Notes under the pieces: generated by a model
Seen by the model: only the letters and a program-made list of their open reading frames with translations
Database searches by the model: none
What the model was told of the DNA's origin: nothing
Part shown: piece by piece, positions 16,888-27,320 of the stretch
Layout of the letters: each line of letters begins with the position of its first letter
How positions within the stretch are numbered: the first letter of the stretch is position 1
From: Longimicrobiales bacterium
Lineage (GTDB): Bacteria; Gemmatimonadota; Gemmatimonadetes; Longimicrobiales; Gaopeijiaceae
Reading direction: 5' to 3'
Length of the DNA: 64,000 nucleotides
Assembly (NCBI GenBank): GCA_965238005.1
Contig: OZ250165.1
Span: forward strand, 2,336,001-2,400,000
Translations under genes and position numbers: made by a program

Positions 16888-18549
16888 CTAGAGGGTCTCC
16901 AACAGCTCGCGCGCATGGTCCCGCGACGTCTCCGACTCGGGATCGCCTCCGAGCATCCTGGCGATCTCCCGGACCCGCGCCTCTCCCTTCAGCTCATCGA
17001 CGCTGGTGGCCGCGAGGCCGTCTCCCTCAGTCTTTTCGACGAGAAGGTGGCTGCGAGCTCGGGACGCCAGTTGAGGCAGGTGAGTGATGACGAATACCTG
17101 ATGGTAACGGGCGACTTCCTGGAGCTTAGCTGCCACGAGGGTGGCCACCTGACCGCCGATCCCCGCGTCAATCTCGTCGAAGATCAGGGTGGGAACCTGA
17201 TCGACCCGGGCCAGGATGGCCTTGAGGGCCAGCATGACCCTGGAGAGCTCCCCGCCGCTGGCCACCCGGCCGAGGGGCATGGGAGGAAAGCCAGCGTTGA
17301 CCGACACCAGGAACTCCACCCGCTCGGCGCCGCGGTTTCCCACAGTGGGCAAAGCCTCGAGAAGCACCTGGAACGTGGCTCCGGGAAGACCCAGATCAGG
17401 CAGGAGTGCCTCCACCTCCGTCTCGAGTCGACGTGCGGCCTCCTGCCGTTTGCCCGTCAGCCTTTCGGCGGCATCGGTCAGTGCGGTGCGAGTCTCATCG
17501 ACGTCCCGTTGGAGCGCCTCTTCGTCCCAGCCCGAACCCTCTAGCTCGTCCAGCTCGGCGCTCAGGCGACCGCCGGTCTCCACGACGTCGGTGAGCCCCG
17601 GACCGTACTTGCGCTTGAGGCGGAGAATCAGGTCAAGGCGCTCTCGCACCTCCTCGAGCCGGCCGGGGTCATGCCGGACGTTCCCGGCGTAATCCCCCAG
17701 CTCACGGCCCACGTCGGCCAGGGCGTGATACGCCTCCTTGAGGGCGTCGTGGGCGCCCTCCAGCGACGGGTCCCACTCCTTCAGACGTGACAGTGAGCCG
17801 AGCAATTGCGAGAGACGATCGGTGACAGCCCCGTCCCCGCCGTAGAGCTCGGCGTGGATCGAGGTCGCCTCCCGGAGCAGCTCCTCGGAGTGCTCGAGGC
17901 GACGCCCTTCGTCCTCCAGGGCCGCGTCCTCTCCGACCTCCACCCGGCCTTTCTCGATCTCCGCAAGCTGGAATCGCAGGAAGTCCGCCCGGCTTTCCAG
18001 CTCACGGCGTCGTTCTCGAAGCTCCGAGAGCCGCGTCTCGAGGCCGGTGAGCGTCTCGAATGCTTCGACCACGTCGGCCGCATCACCTTCGGCGTCACCG
18101 AAGGCGTCCAGGATGTTCCGCTGCGCCTCCCGCCTCAGCAGGGTTTGGTGCTCATGTTGGCCGTGGAGATCGACCAGGACCCTACCGAGCTCGCCCACGA
18201 CCCGTGCCGTGGTGGGGGAGCCGTTCATCCAGGCTCGATTCCTCCCCTCGGCCGCGACCTCCCTCCGCAGGATCAGCAGACCGTCCTCGGCCTCCTGACC
18301 GAGCTCGGCCAGGCGGGAGAGAAGCTCGAGCCGCTCCGATACGTCGAAGACGGCCTCGACCCGGGCCCGCTCCGCCCCGACCCGCACGGAGTCGCTCGAC
18401 GCACGCTCACCCAACAGGAGCGAGAGCGCACCGACGATGATGGACTTGCCTGCCCCGGTCTCGCCCGAGAGAACGCTCAAGCCGGGGCCCAGCTCAAGGG
18501 AGAGGTCGTCGATGACGGCATAGTCGCGGACGCGGAGCTCGATCAGCAT
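16888..18549 (-). CDS. recN: DNA repair protein RecN
   Basis: 'GETGAGKS', 'HGQHEHQ', 'ASGGELSRVMLALK', 'FDEIDAGIGG', 'ITHLPQ'. Confidence 0.97.
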   Translation of the reverse strand: MLIELRVRDYAVIDDLSLELGPGLSVLSGETGAGKSIIVGALSLLLGERASSDSVRVGAERARVEAVFDVSERLELLSRLAELGQEAEDGLLILRREVAAEGRNRAWMNGSPTTARVVGELGRVLVDLHGQHEHQTLLRREAQRNILDAFGDAEGDAADVVEAFETLTGLETRLSELRERRRELESRADFLRFQLAEIEKGRVEVGEDAALEDEGRRLEHSEELLREATSIHAELYGGDGAVTDRLSQLLGSLSRLKEWDPSLEGAHDALKEAYHALADVGRELGDYAGNVRHDPGRLEEVRERLDLILRLKRKYGPGLTDVVETGGRLSAELDELEGSGWDEEALQRDVDETRTALTDAAERLTGKRQEAARRLETEVEALLPDLGLPGATFQVLLEALPTVGNRGAERVEFLVSVNAGFPPMPLGRVASGGELSRVMLALKAILARVDQVPTLIFDEIDAGIGGQVATLVAAKLQEVARYHQVFVITHLPQLASRARSHLLVEKTEGDGLAATSVDELKGEARVREIARMLGGDPESETSRDHARELLETL

Positions 18550-18660
18550 GGAGGGAAATCTACCAGGGCCCCATGAGCCCCCTCAATGGGAGTTGGGGTC
18601 GCGGAGCCGGGAGCCGCCTCGGAGTGAAAAGTGCGGTTGCGCCGACGCTGGCACCGCCCG

Positions 18661-19575
18661 TCAGCCCGACGGCCGGGCGGCCCAGTTGAGCTTGCCCTGC
18701 AGGGTCCCGAAGAAGTTCTGGTCCGAGAAGCGGACCAGGGGGATCTCAACCTCGGAGCGAGTGATGCGGACCTCGGCGCCCACGCCGAAGTCGTGGGCCA
18801 GCTGCCCGTCGGCCGTCAGAACCAAGTCGTCGGTGCCCTCGAGAGGGCTCACCGCCAGGACCTGGCTTCCGGGAATGACCAGGGGACGCACCGCCAGGGT
18901 GTGTGGACAGACCGGGGTGACGATGAGGCAGTCCACCGACGGCACCACGATGGGACCACCTGCTGACAGGGAGTAAGCCGTGGATCCGGTGGGCGTCGAG
19001 ACGATGAGCCCATCCCCGGAGAAGCTGCCCACCTCCTGCCAGTCCTCTCCCTCCTTCACGCGCAGGTCCAGGCGCGAGACCCGGGCAACCCCACCCTTAT
19101 GGATCACGAAGTCGTTCCATGCCAACAGGAGATCGCCCTCCGACCCGTCGGTGTGGATCACCCGCGCTTCCACCATGAACCGCCGGTCCAGGACGTAGTC
19201 GCCCTCGAGGACACGGCCCAAGCGGTCCTCCATCTCGAGATGAGGAAGCCCCGTGAGGAAGCCGAGGTGGCCAACGTTGATTCCCAGAACGGGGATCTCC
19301 CGTCCCGCGGCCATGCGCCCCGCCCTCAGGAGCGTACCGTCCCCCCCGAAGGCGATGAGGAAATCGACCGACTCGTCGTCGAGATCCAACCGTTTGGCCC
19401 CCTCGGGCGCGTCGGCGAGGAGGTGCTCCTCGAAGCAAACGCTGAGGTCGTGATCGTCCGCGAACCGGGCGAGACGCTGAACACAGCTCGGTAAGTCCTC
19501 ATGTGCAGAGCGCCCGAGTACGCCGATGCGCCGGAGCTCGTTCCCGGGATCGGCCCGGGAGACCTCGTCCGTCAC
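18661..19575 (-). CDS. nadK: NAD kinase
   Basis: 'GGDGTLL', 'GINVGHLGFL', 'DGLIVSTPTGSTAYSLSAGGP'. Start moved to GTG 19575, which overlaps the dxs stop. Confidence 0.95.
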   Translation of the reverse strand: MTDEVSRADPGNELRRIGVLGRSAHEDLPSCVQRLARFADDHDLSVCFEEHLLADAPEGAKRLDLDDESVDFLIAFGGDGTLLRAGRMAAGREIPVLGINVGHLGFLTGLPHLEMEDRLGRVLEGDYVLDRRFMVEARVIHTDGSEGDLLLAWNDFVIHKGGVARVSRLDLRVKEGEDWQEVGSFSGDGLIVSTPTGSTAYSLSAGGPIVVPSVDCLIVTPVCPHTLAVRPLVIPGSQVLAVSPLEGTDDLVLTADGQLAHDFGVGAEVRITRSEVEIPLVRFSDQNFFGTLQGKLNWAARPSG

Positions 19576-21488
19576 GCAGTCTCCGCAGCGGATGAAACGG
19601 CGTCGCCGAGCATGCGCCTCGCCTCGGTGACGATCCCTTCGACGTCGAGCCCCACCTCGCGGAGCAGCGCGTCGCGCGTTCCGTGCTCGACGAACCGATC
19701 CGGAAGCCCGAGGCATCGCACCTGCACATCGTGTCCCGGCTCCAGATTGTCGATCTCGCGGGTCATGCACGCCCCGAAGCCGTTGAGGACAGCTCCCTCC
19801 TCGATGGTCAGCACCTTCCCGTGTCCCTCGACGACCTCCTGGAGGACCTCCCTATCGTGGGGCTTCAGGAAACGGCAATTCACCACCGTGGCCTGGACTC
19901 CCCGGGCGGCCAGCGCCTGGGCCGCCTCGAGAGCTTCGAGGACCATGGTACCCGTGGCGAGGAAGGCGATGTCGGACCCACGGCGCAGCACCTCCCACGT
20001 GCCGTAATCGACCTCCGGGATCTCGCTGACATGCGGCACCTCCGCCGGTACGGCATCTCTCGGCCAACGCACGGAGAACGGCCCATCCTCGTGCTCGATC
20101 CCGAGACGCACGAGGGCCAGCATCTCCGCCCCGTCCTTCGGGGCCGTCACCGTCATGCCGGGGGTCAGCATCATGTATGGGATGTCGAAGGCCCCGTGAT
20201 GAGTCGGGCCATCGGGTCCCGCGATCCCTGCACGGTCCATGCAGAACACCACCGGCAGATCCTGAAGCGCGACGTCGTGGATGATGCTGTCGAACGCCCG
20301 CTGCAGGAAGGTCGAGTAAATGCACACGACGGGGCGGATCCCCTTCTGCGTGGCCATCCCTGCTGCCGCGGTGACGCCGTGGGCCTCGGCGATTCCGACG
20401 TCGAAGTACCGATCCGGGAACGCCTCCCCGAAGATGTCGGTGCTGGTGCCGTCCGGCATCCCGGCCGTAATGGCCACGATCCGCTCATCGACTTCGCCGA
20501 GCTCCTTGAGGCCTCGACCGAAGACTTTCTGGTAGCGCGGAAGTCCGCCGCCCTTCTTCTTGGCCTCGCCGGAGATCTTGTCGAATGGTGAAGCCGCGTG
20601 CCACTTGTACGCGTTCTCCTCGGCGAGCGCGAATCCCTTCCCCTTTTGGGTGATGACGTGGACGAGAATCGGGCCGTCGAGACGACGCACCGCGGAGAGG
20701 GTGTCGACGAGGGAGTCGAGGTCGTGGCCGTCCACGGGCCCGATGTAGCGGAAGCCCAGCTCCTCGAAGAGCATGCCCGGTAGGAAGAGCCCCTTCACGC
20801 TCCCCTCCGCCCGACCGGCGACACGTATCAGAGCGCCCTCGGCACCGCCGGGTCCCTTGGAGAGCAGCTCCTTCACCTCGTCGCGGATCCGGTTGTAGAC
20901 CGGATGCGTGATCACGCCCGTGAGGTATTTGTTCATCGCCCCCACGTTGGGAGCGATGGAGTGATCGTTGTCGTTGAGAACGACGATGAGATCGCGATCC
21001 GTGTGTCCGGCGTTGTTGAGTGCCTCGTACGCCAGGCCGCATCCCATGGCCCCATCGCCGATGACGGCGACCACACTGAAGTCGTCCCCGTTCAGGTCAC
21101 GCGCGATGGCCGTGCCAAGGGCCGCCGAGATCGAGGTGGCGGCGTGTCCCGCGCCGAAGTGGTCGTACTCCGACTCGTCGCGTCGGAGGAAGGGCGCCAA
21201 CCCGTCCTTCTGCCGGATGGTCGGCAACTGCTCGTTCCTGCCGGTCAGGATCTTGTGGATATAGCCCTGATGGCCGGTGTCCCAGATCAGCTTGTCGCGA
21301 GGCGTATCGAAGGCGTAGTGGAGGGCGACGGTGAGCTCGGCGACGCCGAGGCTCCCGCCGAAGTGACCCCCGATCTTCGAGATCACGTCGATATGCCGAT
21401 CTCGGGCCTCGGTGACCAGTTCGTGCAGCTGGTCTCTCGCCAGCCGACGGATATCCCCGGGGTCCTGAATTCGGTCGAGAAGGGTCAC
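19572..21488 (-). CDS. dxs: 1-deoxy-D-xylulose-5-phosphate synthase
   Basis: 'GGHFGGSLG', 'WDTGHQGY.HK', 'GDGA', 'GPDGPTHHG'. Confidence 0.97.
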   Translation of the reverse strand: MTLLDRIQDPGDIRRLARDQLHELVTEARDRHIDVISKIGGHFGGSLGVAELTVALHYAFDTPRDKLIWDTGHQGYIHKILTGRNEQLPTIRQKDGLAPFLRRDESEYDHFGAGHAATSISAALGTAIARDLNGDDFSVVAVIGDGAMGCGLAYEALNNAGHTDRDLIVVLNDNDHSIAPNVGAMNKYLTGVITHPVYNRIRDEVKELLSKGPGGAEGALIRVAGRAEGSVKGLFLPGMLFEELGFRYIGPVDGHDLDSLVDTLSAVRRLDGPILVHVITQKGKGFALAEENAYKWHAASPFDKISGEAKKKGGGLPRYQKVFGRGLKELGEVDERIVAITAGMPDGTSTDIFGEAFPDRYFDVGIAEAHGVTAAAGMATQKGIRPVVCIYSTFLQRAFDSIIHDVALQDLPVVFCMDRAGIAGPDGPTHHGAFDIPYMMLTPGMTVTAPKDGAEMLALVRLGIEHEDGPFSVRWPRDAVPAEVPHVSEIPEVDYGTWEVLRRGSDIAFLATGTMVLEALEAAQALAARGVQATVVNCRFLKPHDREVLQEVVEGHGKVLTIEEGAVLNGFGACMTREIDNLEPGHDVQVRCLGLPDRFVEHGTRDALLREVGLDVEGIVTEARRMLGDAVSSAAETA

Positions 21489-21527
21489 GGATTCAGCTCC
21501 TGAAGGTTACTCTCCCACAACACCGCA

Positions 21528-22439
21528 CTACCGCTTCCGTTCCACGACGTAGCGGGCGAGGGCGGCGAGCTCGGGAGCCTCGATCGCTGCCGCACGGAGG
21601 GCCTCGAGGGCCTCTTCGGCGAGAGCCCGAGCCCGTCGGAGAGCTTCCTCGATACCGTGGAGGGAAACGTAGGTGCTCTTGTCGAGCAGCCCGTCACTCG
21701 GATTCTTCCCCAGGTCGGCGGCGGAAGAGGTCTCGTCCAGGATGTCGTCGGTGACCTGGAACGCGAGCCCAACGGCCCGCCCGTAGCCGCGAAGTCCGGC
21801 GAGCGTCGGGTCGGGCGCACCCGCGGCCAGCCCTCCGATCACGAGTGAGGCCGTCAAGAGCGCTCCGGTCTTCATCCGGTGAAGGTCGTCCAGCTCGGCC
21901 GATTCCAAGGCACGCCCTTCCGCCAGAAGATCCAGGTACTGACCCCCCACCATGCCACCGCCTCCCGCCGCACGGTTGAGCTCCCGAACGACGGCTTTGG
22001 CCGTGTCCTCGTCACATCCCAGGGCCCGGGCGGCCCGAAGCGCTTGAAGCGACGCGGCCGGGATGAGAGCTAGCCCAGCCCGAACCGTCGCCTCCTCTCC
22101 ATAGAGCGTGTGGGACGTGGGCCGGCCCCTCCGCAGTGCGGCGTCGTCCATGCACGGGAGGTCGTCATGCATGAGCGAGTAAGCGTGAATGAGCTCGAGG
22201 GAGACGCCGAGGTCATGAGCCATCGGCCCCCCGTTCCCTCCGCACGTGCTGTAGGCCACCGTGCAGAGAATGGGTCTGAGGCGCTTTCCCCCCGTCATCA
22301 CAGCGTGCCGAACAGGCTCGGCGAGGCTCGTGGGGAGATGGCCCGAGAAGTACCGCAGAGAGCGCTCGAGGGCCTTCTCCACCTCTTCCCTCTCCCGGAG
22401 GAGGAACGCCTCGAGGTCGAGGGACGGGTCGTCCGTCAC
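21528..22439 (-). CDS. ispA: farnesyl/polyprenyl diphosphate synthase
   Basis: 'GGKRLRP', 'HDDLPCMDD...RRGRP', 'FQVTDDILD'. Confidence 0.93.
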   Translation of the reverse strand: MTDDPSLDLEAFLLREREEVEKALERSLRYFSGHLPTSLAEPVRHAVMTGGKRLRPILCTVAYSTCGGNGGPMAHDLGVSLELIHAYSLMHDDLPCMDDAALRRGRPTSHTLYGEEATVRAGLALIPAASLQALRAARALGCDEDTAKAVVRELNRAAGGGGMVGGQYLDLLAEGRALESAELDDLHRMKTGALLTASLVIGGLAAGAPDPTLAGLRGYGRAVGLAFQVTDDILDETSSAADLGKNPSDGLLDKSTYVSLHGIEEALRRARALAEEALEALRAAAIEAPELAALARYVVERKR

Positions 22440-22699
22440 TCCGACTCGTCCTCCAGGGGCCGTGTGACCTGTTCGTCGGGGGGACCCAAAAGCTCGTCGA
22501 CCTTGAGCTCGGCGTTTCTGAGGATGTCCTCGGCGCTCCGCACGTGCTCCACGCCTTCTTCGAAGAGGGCCAGGGCTCCTTCCAGCTCCAGGTCGTCTGC
22601 CTCCAGGGACCGCACGATCTCCTCGAGGCGTCGCAGACGCTCCTCCAAGGAGGGAGCGGCATCCGTGGTTTGATCGGGCAAATGGTCTGCCGGCGTCAC
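22436..22699 (-). CDS. xseB: exodeoxyribonuclease VII small subunit
   Basis: 'LEEIV..LE..DL.LE.AL..FEEGV'. Synteny with xseA and ispA. Confidence 0.93.
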   Translation of the reverse strand: MTPADHLPDQTTDAAPSLEERLRRLEEIVRSLEADDLELEGALALFEEGVEHVRSAEDILRNAELKVDELLGPPDEQVTRPLEDESE

Positions 22700-22745
22700 G
22701 ATGGATGTCTCCTTGCTGCGGGCCTATCCGTCTCTACCGATCCGA

Positions 22746-23966
22746 TCACTGCGATGATCCAGCACCTGCCCCGTCTCGCCCCAGCGCCTCACAGGGCACC
22801 GACCCGTCCGAAACCCGAAGCGAGAAACGCAAACCGGGCTTCAGCTCGGCGGCAGTACGCAGGACCTGGCCGGCATCGTCCTGAGGCAGCGCATATCCCC
22901 GACCCAGCGTGGCCAAGGGCGACAGGACATCCATCTTGCCGGCTGCCTCCGACAGACGTGCCACCTTGAGCGAGACCAACTTCCGTACCGCCGTCTCCAT
23001 CCGATCACCAGCCCGGCCGAGGGCTTCCCTTCGAGGCCGGGCCAAAGCTGACGCCGAGCGTCGCAGCTGACCCAGCCGGACGATTAGCGTCTCACGGCGC
23101 CTGAGGGCCGTCCCACGCAAGGCTCGACTCATTCGCTCTCTGGTCGATGCAAGAACTTCGCCTAACCCCTCTCCGTCCTGGACCGCAGTCTCCGCTCCAG
23201 CCGACGGGGTGGGCGCGCGGTGGTCCGCCACCAGGTCCGCCACCGTGACGTCGATCTCGTGACCCACCGCCGAGATCACAGGCACCGGACAGTGGGCGAT
23301 GGCCCGGGCCACCTCCTCCTCGTTGAAGGCCCAGAGGTCCTCCAGGGAGCCGCCCCCTCGACCGACGATCAGCACGTCCACGAGCCCGCTTTCCCCTAGG
23401 GCCTCGATGGCCCTGGCCACCTCCGCACCCGCACCCTCGCCCTGGACGCGTGTCCCCCGGACGACGACCCGGGTCCAGGGAGCTCGACGCCGAATGACGG
23501 TGACGATGTCGTGGAGGGCCGCCCCGCTCAGAGACGTCACGACACCCACGGCCCTCGGGAACCGTGGCAGCGGCCTCTTACGTTCGGAAGCCAGGAGCCC
23601 TTCGGCATCGAGCTTCGCCCGAACACGCTCGAAGGCGAGGCGCCAAAGACCCTCCTCACCTTCGGCCTCGAGGCGACGTACGATGAGCTGATACTCGCCC
23701 TTGGCCTCGTACAGCGACAAGCCACCGAAGGCCCGGACGTTCATGCCCTGCTCGGGGTCGGTGGGGAGGGTGGCCGCTTCCGTCCGGAACATGGCGCAGC
23801 GAAGCTGCGCCCGATCGTCCTTCAGGGTGAAGTAACAGTGTCCGGACCGAGCCCGGTTCCAATTGGCCACCTCACCGGAGACCCAGAGGCTCTCGATGGT
23901 GTCTTCCAGTAGGAGGCGTACTGCCCGGTTGACCCGAGTGACGCTCCAGACGCGCGGGCTCGTCAT
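22746..23966 (-). CDS. xseA: exodeoxyribonuclease VII large subunit
   Basis: 'SGHCYFTLKD', 'RGGGSLEDLWAFN', 'SAVGHE.D', 'APTPSA'. Confidence 0.97.
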   Translation of the reverse strand: MTSPRVWSVTRVNRAVRLLLEDTIESLWVSGEVANWNRARSGHCYFTLKDDRAQLRCAMFRTEAATLPTDPEQGMNVRAFGGLSLYEAKGEYQLIVRRLEAEGEEGLWRLAFERVRAKLDAEGLLASERKRPLPRFPRAVGVVTSLSGAALHDIVTVIRRRAPWTRVVVRGTRVQGEGAGAEVARAIEALGESGLVDVLIVGRGGGSLEDLWAFNEEEVARAIAHCPVPVISAVGHEIDVTVADLVADHRAPTPSAGAETAVQDGEGLGEVLASTRERMSRALRGTALRRRETLIVRLGQLRRSASALARPRREALGRAGDRMETAVRKLVSLKVARLSEAAGKMDVLSPLATLGRGYALPQDDAGQVLRTAAELKPGLRFSLRVSDGSVPCEALGRDGAGAGSSQ

Positions 23967-23981
23967 GTGATCACGGTCCCC

Positions 23982-24896
23982 TTAGGAGGCCGTCGAAGCC
24001 CTCGAGAGGCTGGCGCTCGTCGACCGAGCCGCAGCGTCCACCGTGTTGGAGAGCAGCATCGCGATCGTCATCGGCCCCACACCCCCGGGCACAGGGCTGA
24101 TGGCCGACGCCACCTCCTTCACCTCGTCGAACGCTACGTCACCGATAAGGCGGTACCCACGCTCTCGGGTGTCGTCGTCGACCCGGTTGACGCCCACGTC
24201 GATGACCACGGCCCCCGGCTTCACCATGTCACCCCGAATGAATTCGGGGAGCCCGATCGCCGCGATGAGGATATCGGCTTCCCGAGTGACGGCGCCCAGG
24301 TCGGCGGTGCGGCTGTGAGCTACCGTCACTGTGGCATTGCCTCCGGAGGCCTTCCGCAGAAGGAGCGACGCCATGGGACGCCCGACGATGTTGGACCGTC
24401 CCACGACCACCGCGTGTTTACCCGCCGGATCATTCCCGCTGCGCATGAGCATCTCGATCACGCCCCGGGGGGTGCACGGTGTGAGCACATCCAGATCACC
24501 AGTGGCCAGCCGGCCGACGTTCACGGGATGGAACCCGTCCACGTCCTTCTCCGGATCGATGGCCAAGAGGATTTTGGCTTCGTCGATCTGGTCGGGCAGC
24601 GGAAGCTGCACCAGGACTCCATGGATGTCGGGGTCGGTGTTCAGCCCGGCCACAATCCCCAGTAGCTCGTCTTCGGTGACCTCCACCGGGAGGGTGATCT
24701 GACGCGAGTAGATACCCACCTCTATGGCGGCCTTGTTCTTCATGCCGACGTAAACGTGACTGGCCGGATCGTCGCCGACCAGCACCACGGCCAACCCGGG
24801 CGTGAGCCCCGACACCTTCAGCTCCGCCACGCGCTCCTTGAGCTCCGCTCTGATGGACGCGGCTATCTCCTTGCCCGATATGATCTCAGCGGACAT
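23982..24896 (-). CDS. folD: methylenetetrahydrofolate dehydrogenase/cyclohydrolase
   Basis: 'KDVDGFHP', 'PCTP.G', 'GRSNIVGRP', 'PVPGGVGPMT'. Confidence 0.97.
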   Translation of the reverse strand: MSAEIISGKEIAASIRAELKERVAELKVSGLTPGLAVVLVGDDPASHVYVGMKNKAAIEVGIYSRQITLPVEVTEDELLGIVAGLNTDPDIHGVLVQLPLPDQIDEAKILLAIDPEKDVDGFHPVNVGRLATGDLDVLTPCTPRGVIEMLMRSGNDPAGKHAVVVGRSNIVGRPMASLLLRKASGGNATVTVAHSRTADLGAVTREADILIAAIGLPEFIRGDMVKPGAVVIDVGVNRVDDDTRERGYRLIGDVAFDEVKEVASAISPVPGGVGPMTIAMLLSNTVDAAARSTSASLSRASTAS

Positions 24897-24974
24897 TCGC
24901 TCTCCTCTATGTGCTCCTGGGTCGCCCCCACGGGGCGGCGCCTAGTGGGCGCGGTGCATCCGTGGAATGGAACA

Positions 24975-26546
24975 CTAGCGTGCAAAATCGATGGCCCGGG
25001 TCTCGCGGATCACGACCACCTTGATCTGACCCGGGTACTGCAGCTCGCCTTCGATGCGCCGCGCCACCGCTTCGGAGATCTGAGCCATTTCGTTGTCCGT
25101 GACCTTCTCCGGCTCGACCATGACACGTATCTCGCGGCCTGCCTGAATGGCGAAGCAGCGCTCGACGCCGGGATGCTCCATGGCCAGCTCCTCCAGCCTC
25201 TCCAGCCGCTTGACGTACCCCTCGAACATCTCGCGTCGGGCACCCGGGCGGGATCCGGAGATGGCGTCGCCCGCCGTCACGAGGAACGTCTCGGCGAAGA
25301 AGTGGGGCTCCTCATCGTGATGCGCCCTGATGGCGTTCAGCACGATCTCCGACTCGTTGTGCTTTTTGCAGAGGCGATATCCGAGCTCCACGTGGGTACC
25401 TTCCTGCTCGTGCGTCAGACCCTTCCCCACGTCGTGGAGCACGCCCGCCCGCTTCGTGGCTTGCACGTCCAGCCCCATCTCCGCCGCCATGTTCCCAGCC
25501 AGGAGCGCCACCTCCTTGGCGTGCTGAAGCTGGTTCTGGCCATACGAGGTCCTAAACTTCAGCCGGCCGAGGACCTTTACAATCTCGGAGTGGACGTTGT
25601 GGATTCCGAGCTCGTAGAGCACCTCCTCGGCCGCTTCGACCATGGATTGCTCCACCTCTTTCCGGCTCTTCTCCACCATCTCCTCGATGCGGCCCGGGTG
25701 GATTCGTCCATCTTCGATGAGCCGCTGTAGCGCGATCCGCGCCACCTCTCGCCGCACCGGGTCGAACCCTGAGAGAACCACGGCCTCAGGGGTGTCGTCG
25801 ATGATGACGTCGATGCCGGTGGCTTGCTCGAACGAGCGGATGTTGCGTCCTTCTCGCCCGATGATGCGGCCCTTCATCTCGTCGGAGGGGAGCTGTACGA
25901 CGGAGACCGTCATCTCCGCGGTCTGGTCCGCCGCCATTCGCTGTATGGCGAGGCCCAGGATCTTCTTGGATTCGCGGTCGGCGTTGCGTTGCGCCTCTTC
26001 CTTGATCTCGCGGAGGTCGTTGGCGGCGTCGGCCCTTGCTTCGTCCTTCAGGTCTTCGATCAGTTCCTGCTTGGCCTCGGCCGCTGAAGTCCCCACCAGC
26101 GCTTCGAGCTTCTTGCGAACCTCGGCCCGGGCGCGATCCACCTCCTGGGCCTGCACGGTGAGCTCCCGTTCCTGCTGGTCCAGCCCCTTGCTGCGCTGCG
26201 CCTGGGCCGACTCCTTTTCGTTCAAGGTGTCGAAGCGGCGGTCCAGCGCATCCGCGCGCTCGGCCAGGCGCTGCTCCGCCCGCTCGTCCTCCTCCCTGTG
26301 CCGCTGCTCCTCTTTCTCCCACGACTCCCGGAGCCGGAAGACCTCTTCCTTTCCTTCGAGGACCTTGGACGTACGGAGGTTGTCCGCCTCTTCCTGAGCG
26401 CGAGCCAGGATCCTGGATGCTTCATCCTCGGCGGCGGCCTGTGCCTTCCTCTGACGCGATTGCTCGATCAGGCCGCGTCCGACATATCCCGCGGCTCCAA
26501 AGAACAACGCCGCGCCCGCCGCCAGTCCGATAACCAGCGGATCCAT
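24975..26546 (-). CDS. rny: ribonuclease Y
   Basis: N-terminal TM helix from MDPLVIG, KH 'KGRIIGREGRNIR', HD 'LHDVGK', 'RPGAR'. Confidence 0.97.
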   Translation of the reverse strand: MDPLVIGLAAGAALFFGAAGYVGRGLIEQSRQRKAQAAAEDEASRILARAQEEADNLRTSKVLEGKEEVFRLRESWEKEEQRHREEDERAEQRLAERADALDRRFDTLNEKESAQAQRSKGLDQQERELTVQAQEVDRARAEVRKKLEALVGTSAAEAKQELIEDLKDEARADAANDLREIKEEAQRNADRESKKILGLAIQRMAADQTAEMTVSVVQLPSDEMKGRIIGREGRNIRSFEQATGIDVIIDDTPEAVVLSGFDPVRREVARIALQRLIEDGRIHPGRIEEMVEKSRKEVEQSMVEAAEEVLYELGIHNVHSEIVKVLGRLKFRTSYGQNQLQHAKEVALLAGNMAAEMGLDVQATKRAGVLHDVGKGLTHEQEGTHVELGYRLCKKHNESEIVLNAIRAHHDEEPHFFAETFLVTAGDAISGSRPGARREMFEGYVKRLERLEELAMEHPGVERCFAIQAGREIRVMVEPEKVTDNEMAQISEAVARRIEGELQYPGQIKVVVIRETRAIDFAR

Positions 26547-26712
26547 TTGTTTTATTGCTCCGAAAATCAGACGCCAGCAGAGAGGCGTCTGCATGGTTGG
26601 CGTTAGCTAACAGGCAAACAATAGAATTTGGGCTCGGCGAAACGCAAGGTCGCCGAAGGTCCCGCTCCATGCGGCCCGGCAGTGGGAGGGGGTGCCTAGA
26701 TCGAAGCGCCCG

Positions 26713-27009
26713 CTACTCGTGGGCGATGGCAGCTTCCAGCCGTTCGGCGAGTTCCTCCATCCTCGACACCAGATCGATGCCGCTTCGCTCGAGATCGTCC
26801 TTCGCCTGAAAGAGCTCGTCGGTGATGGAGAGGGCGGCGAGGATGGCGGCCTTGTGTCCTTCCAGGAGGCCGACCTGTTTCTTGATGTCATGTATCCGCT
26901 GATCTACATGCCGGGCACAGCGTTTGGTATAATCCGCCTGGGCACTGGAGCGGATGGTATGCTCTTCGCCGGCGATCCTGACCGTTACCGATTCCTTTTC
27001 TGCACTCAC
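26713..27009 (-). CDS. zapA: cell division protein ZapA
   Basis: 'V.V.IAGEE.TI...VD..I...AILAALSI.DEL'. Synteny. Confidence 0.88.
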   Translation of the reverse strand: MSAEKESVTVRIAGEEHTIRSSAQADYTKRCARHVDQRIHDIKKQVGLLEGHKAAILAALSITDELFQAKDDLERSGIDLVSRMEELAERLEAAIAHE

Positions 27010-27320
27010 CTTTGCTCCTCCAGGAATTTGATTCTTGCCAGAAGACGCTCGACTCCCTCTCTGCCCTGGTTCAGCCGGGTTCGGAGGTCGCGATTCTCCT
27101 CCTCCAGGATGTGGAGCCGGTCGATCATCTCACGAGGGCCTCTTTCTCCGGACGTCACACCACGAAGCAGCCCCTCCAGCTCCTCGCCCTGAGCCTCCAT
27201 ACGAGCGACTTCCTGGCGGAGCCGGCCGACCTCTCCGACGGCCAGGGACACGACTTCCTCCAGCCGCTCAATTGCCTGGGCCGGCGTGACGTTCGAATTT
27301 TCAGAGGCGTTGTTCGACAC
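27006..27320 (-). CDS. coiled-coil protein, ZapB-like
   Basis: All coiled coil, located between pheT and zapA. Confidence 0.7.
   Translation of the reverse strand: MSNNASENSNVTPAQAIERLEEVVSLAVGEVGRLRQEVARMEAQGEELEGLLRGVTSGERGPREMIDRLHILEEENRDLRTRLNQGREGVERLLARIKFLEEQR

Noticed and set aside
24942..24978. CTAGTG…CACTAG at the rny stop as another MITE relic
   Set aside because: Only a 6-bp inverted match, which could be chance.
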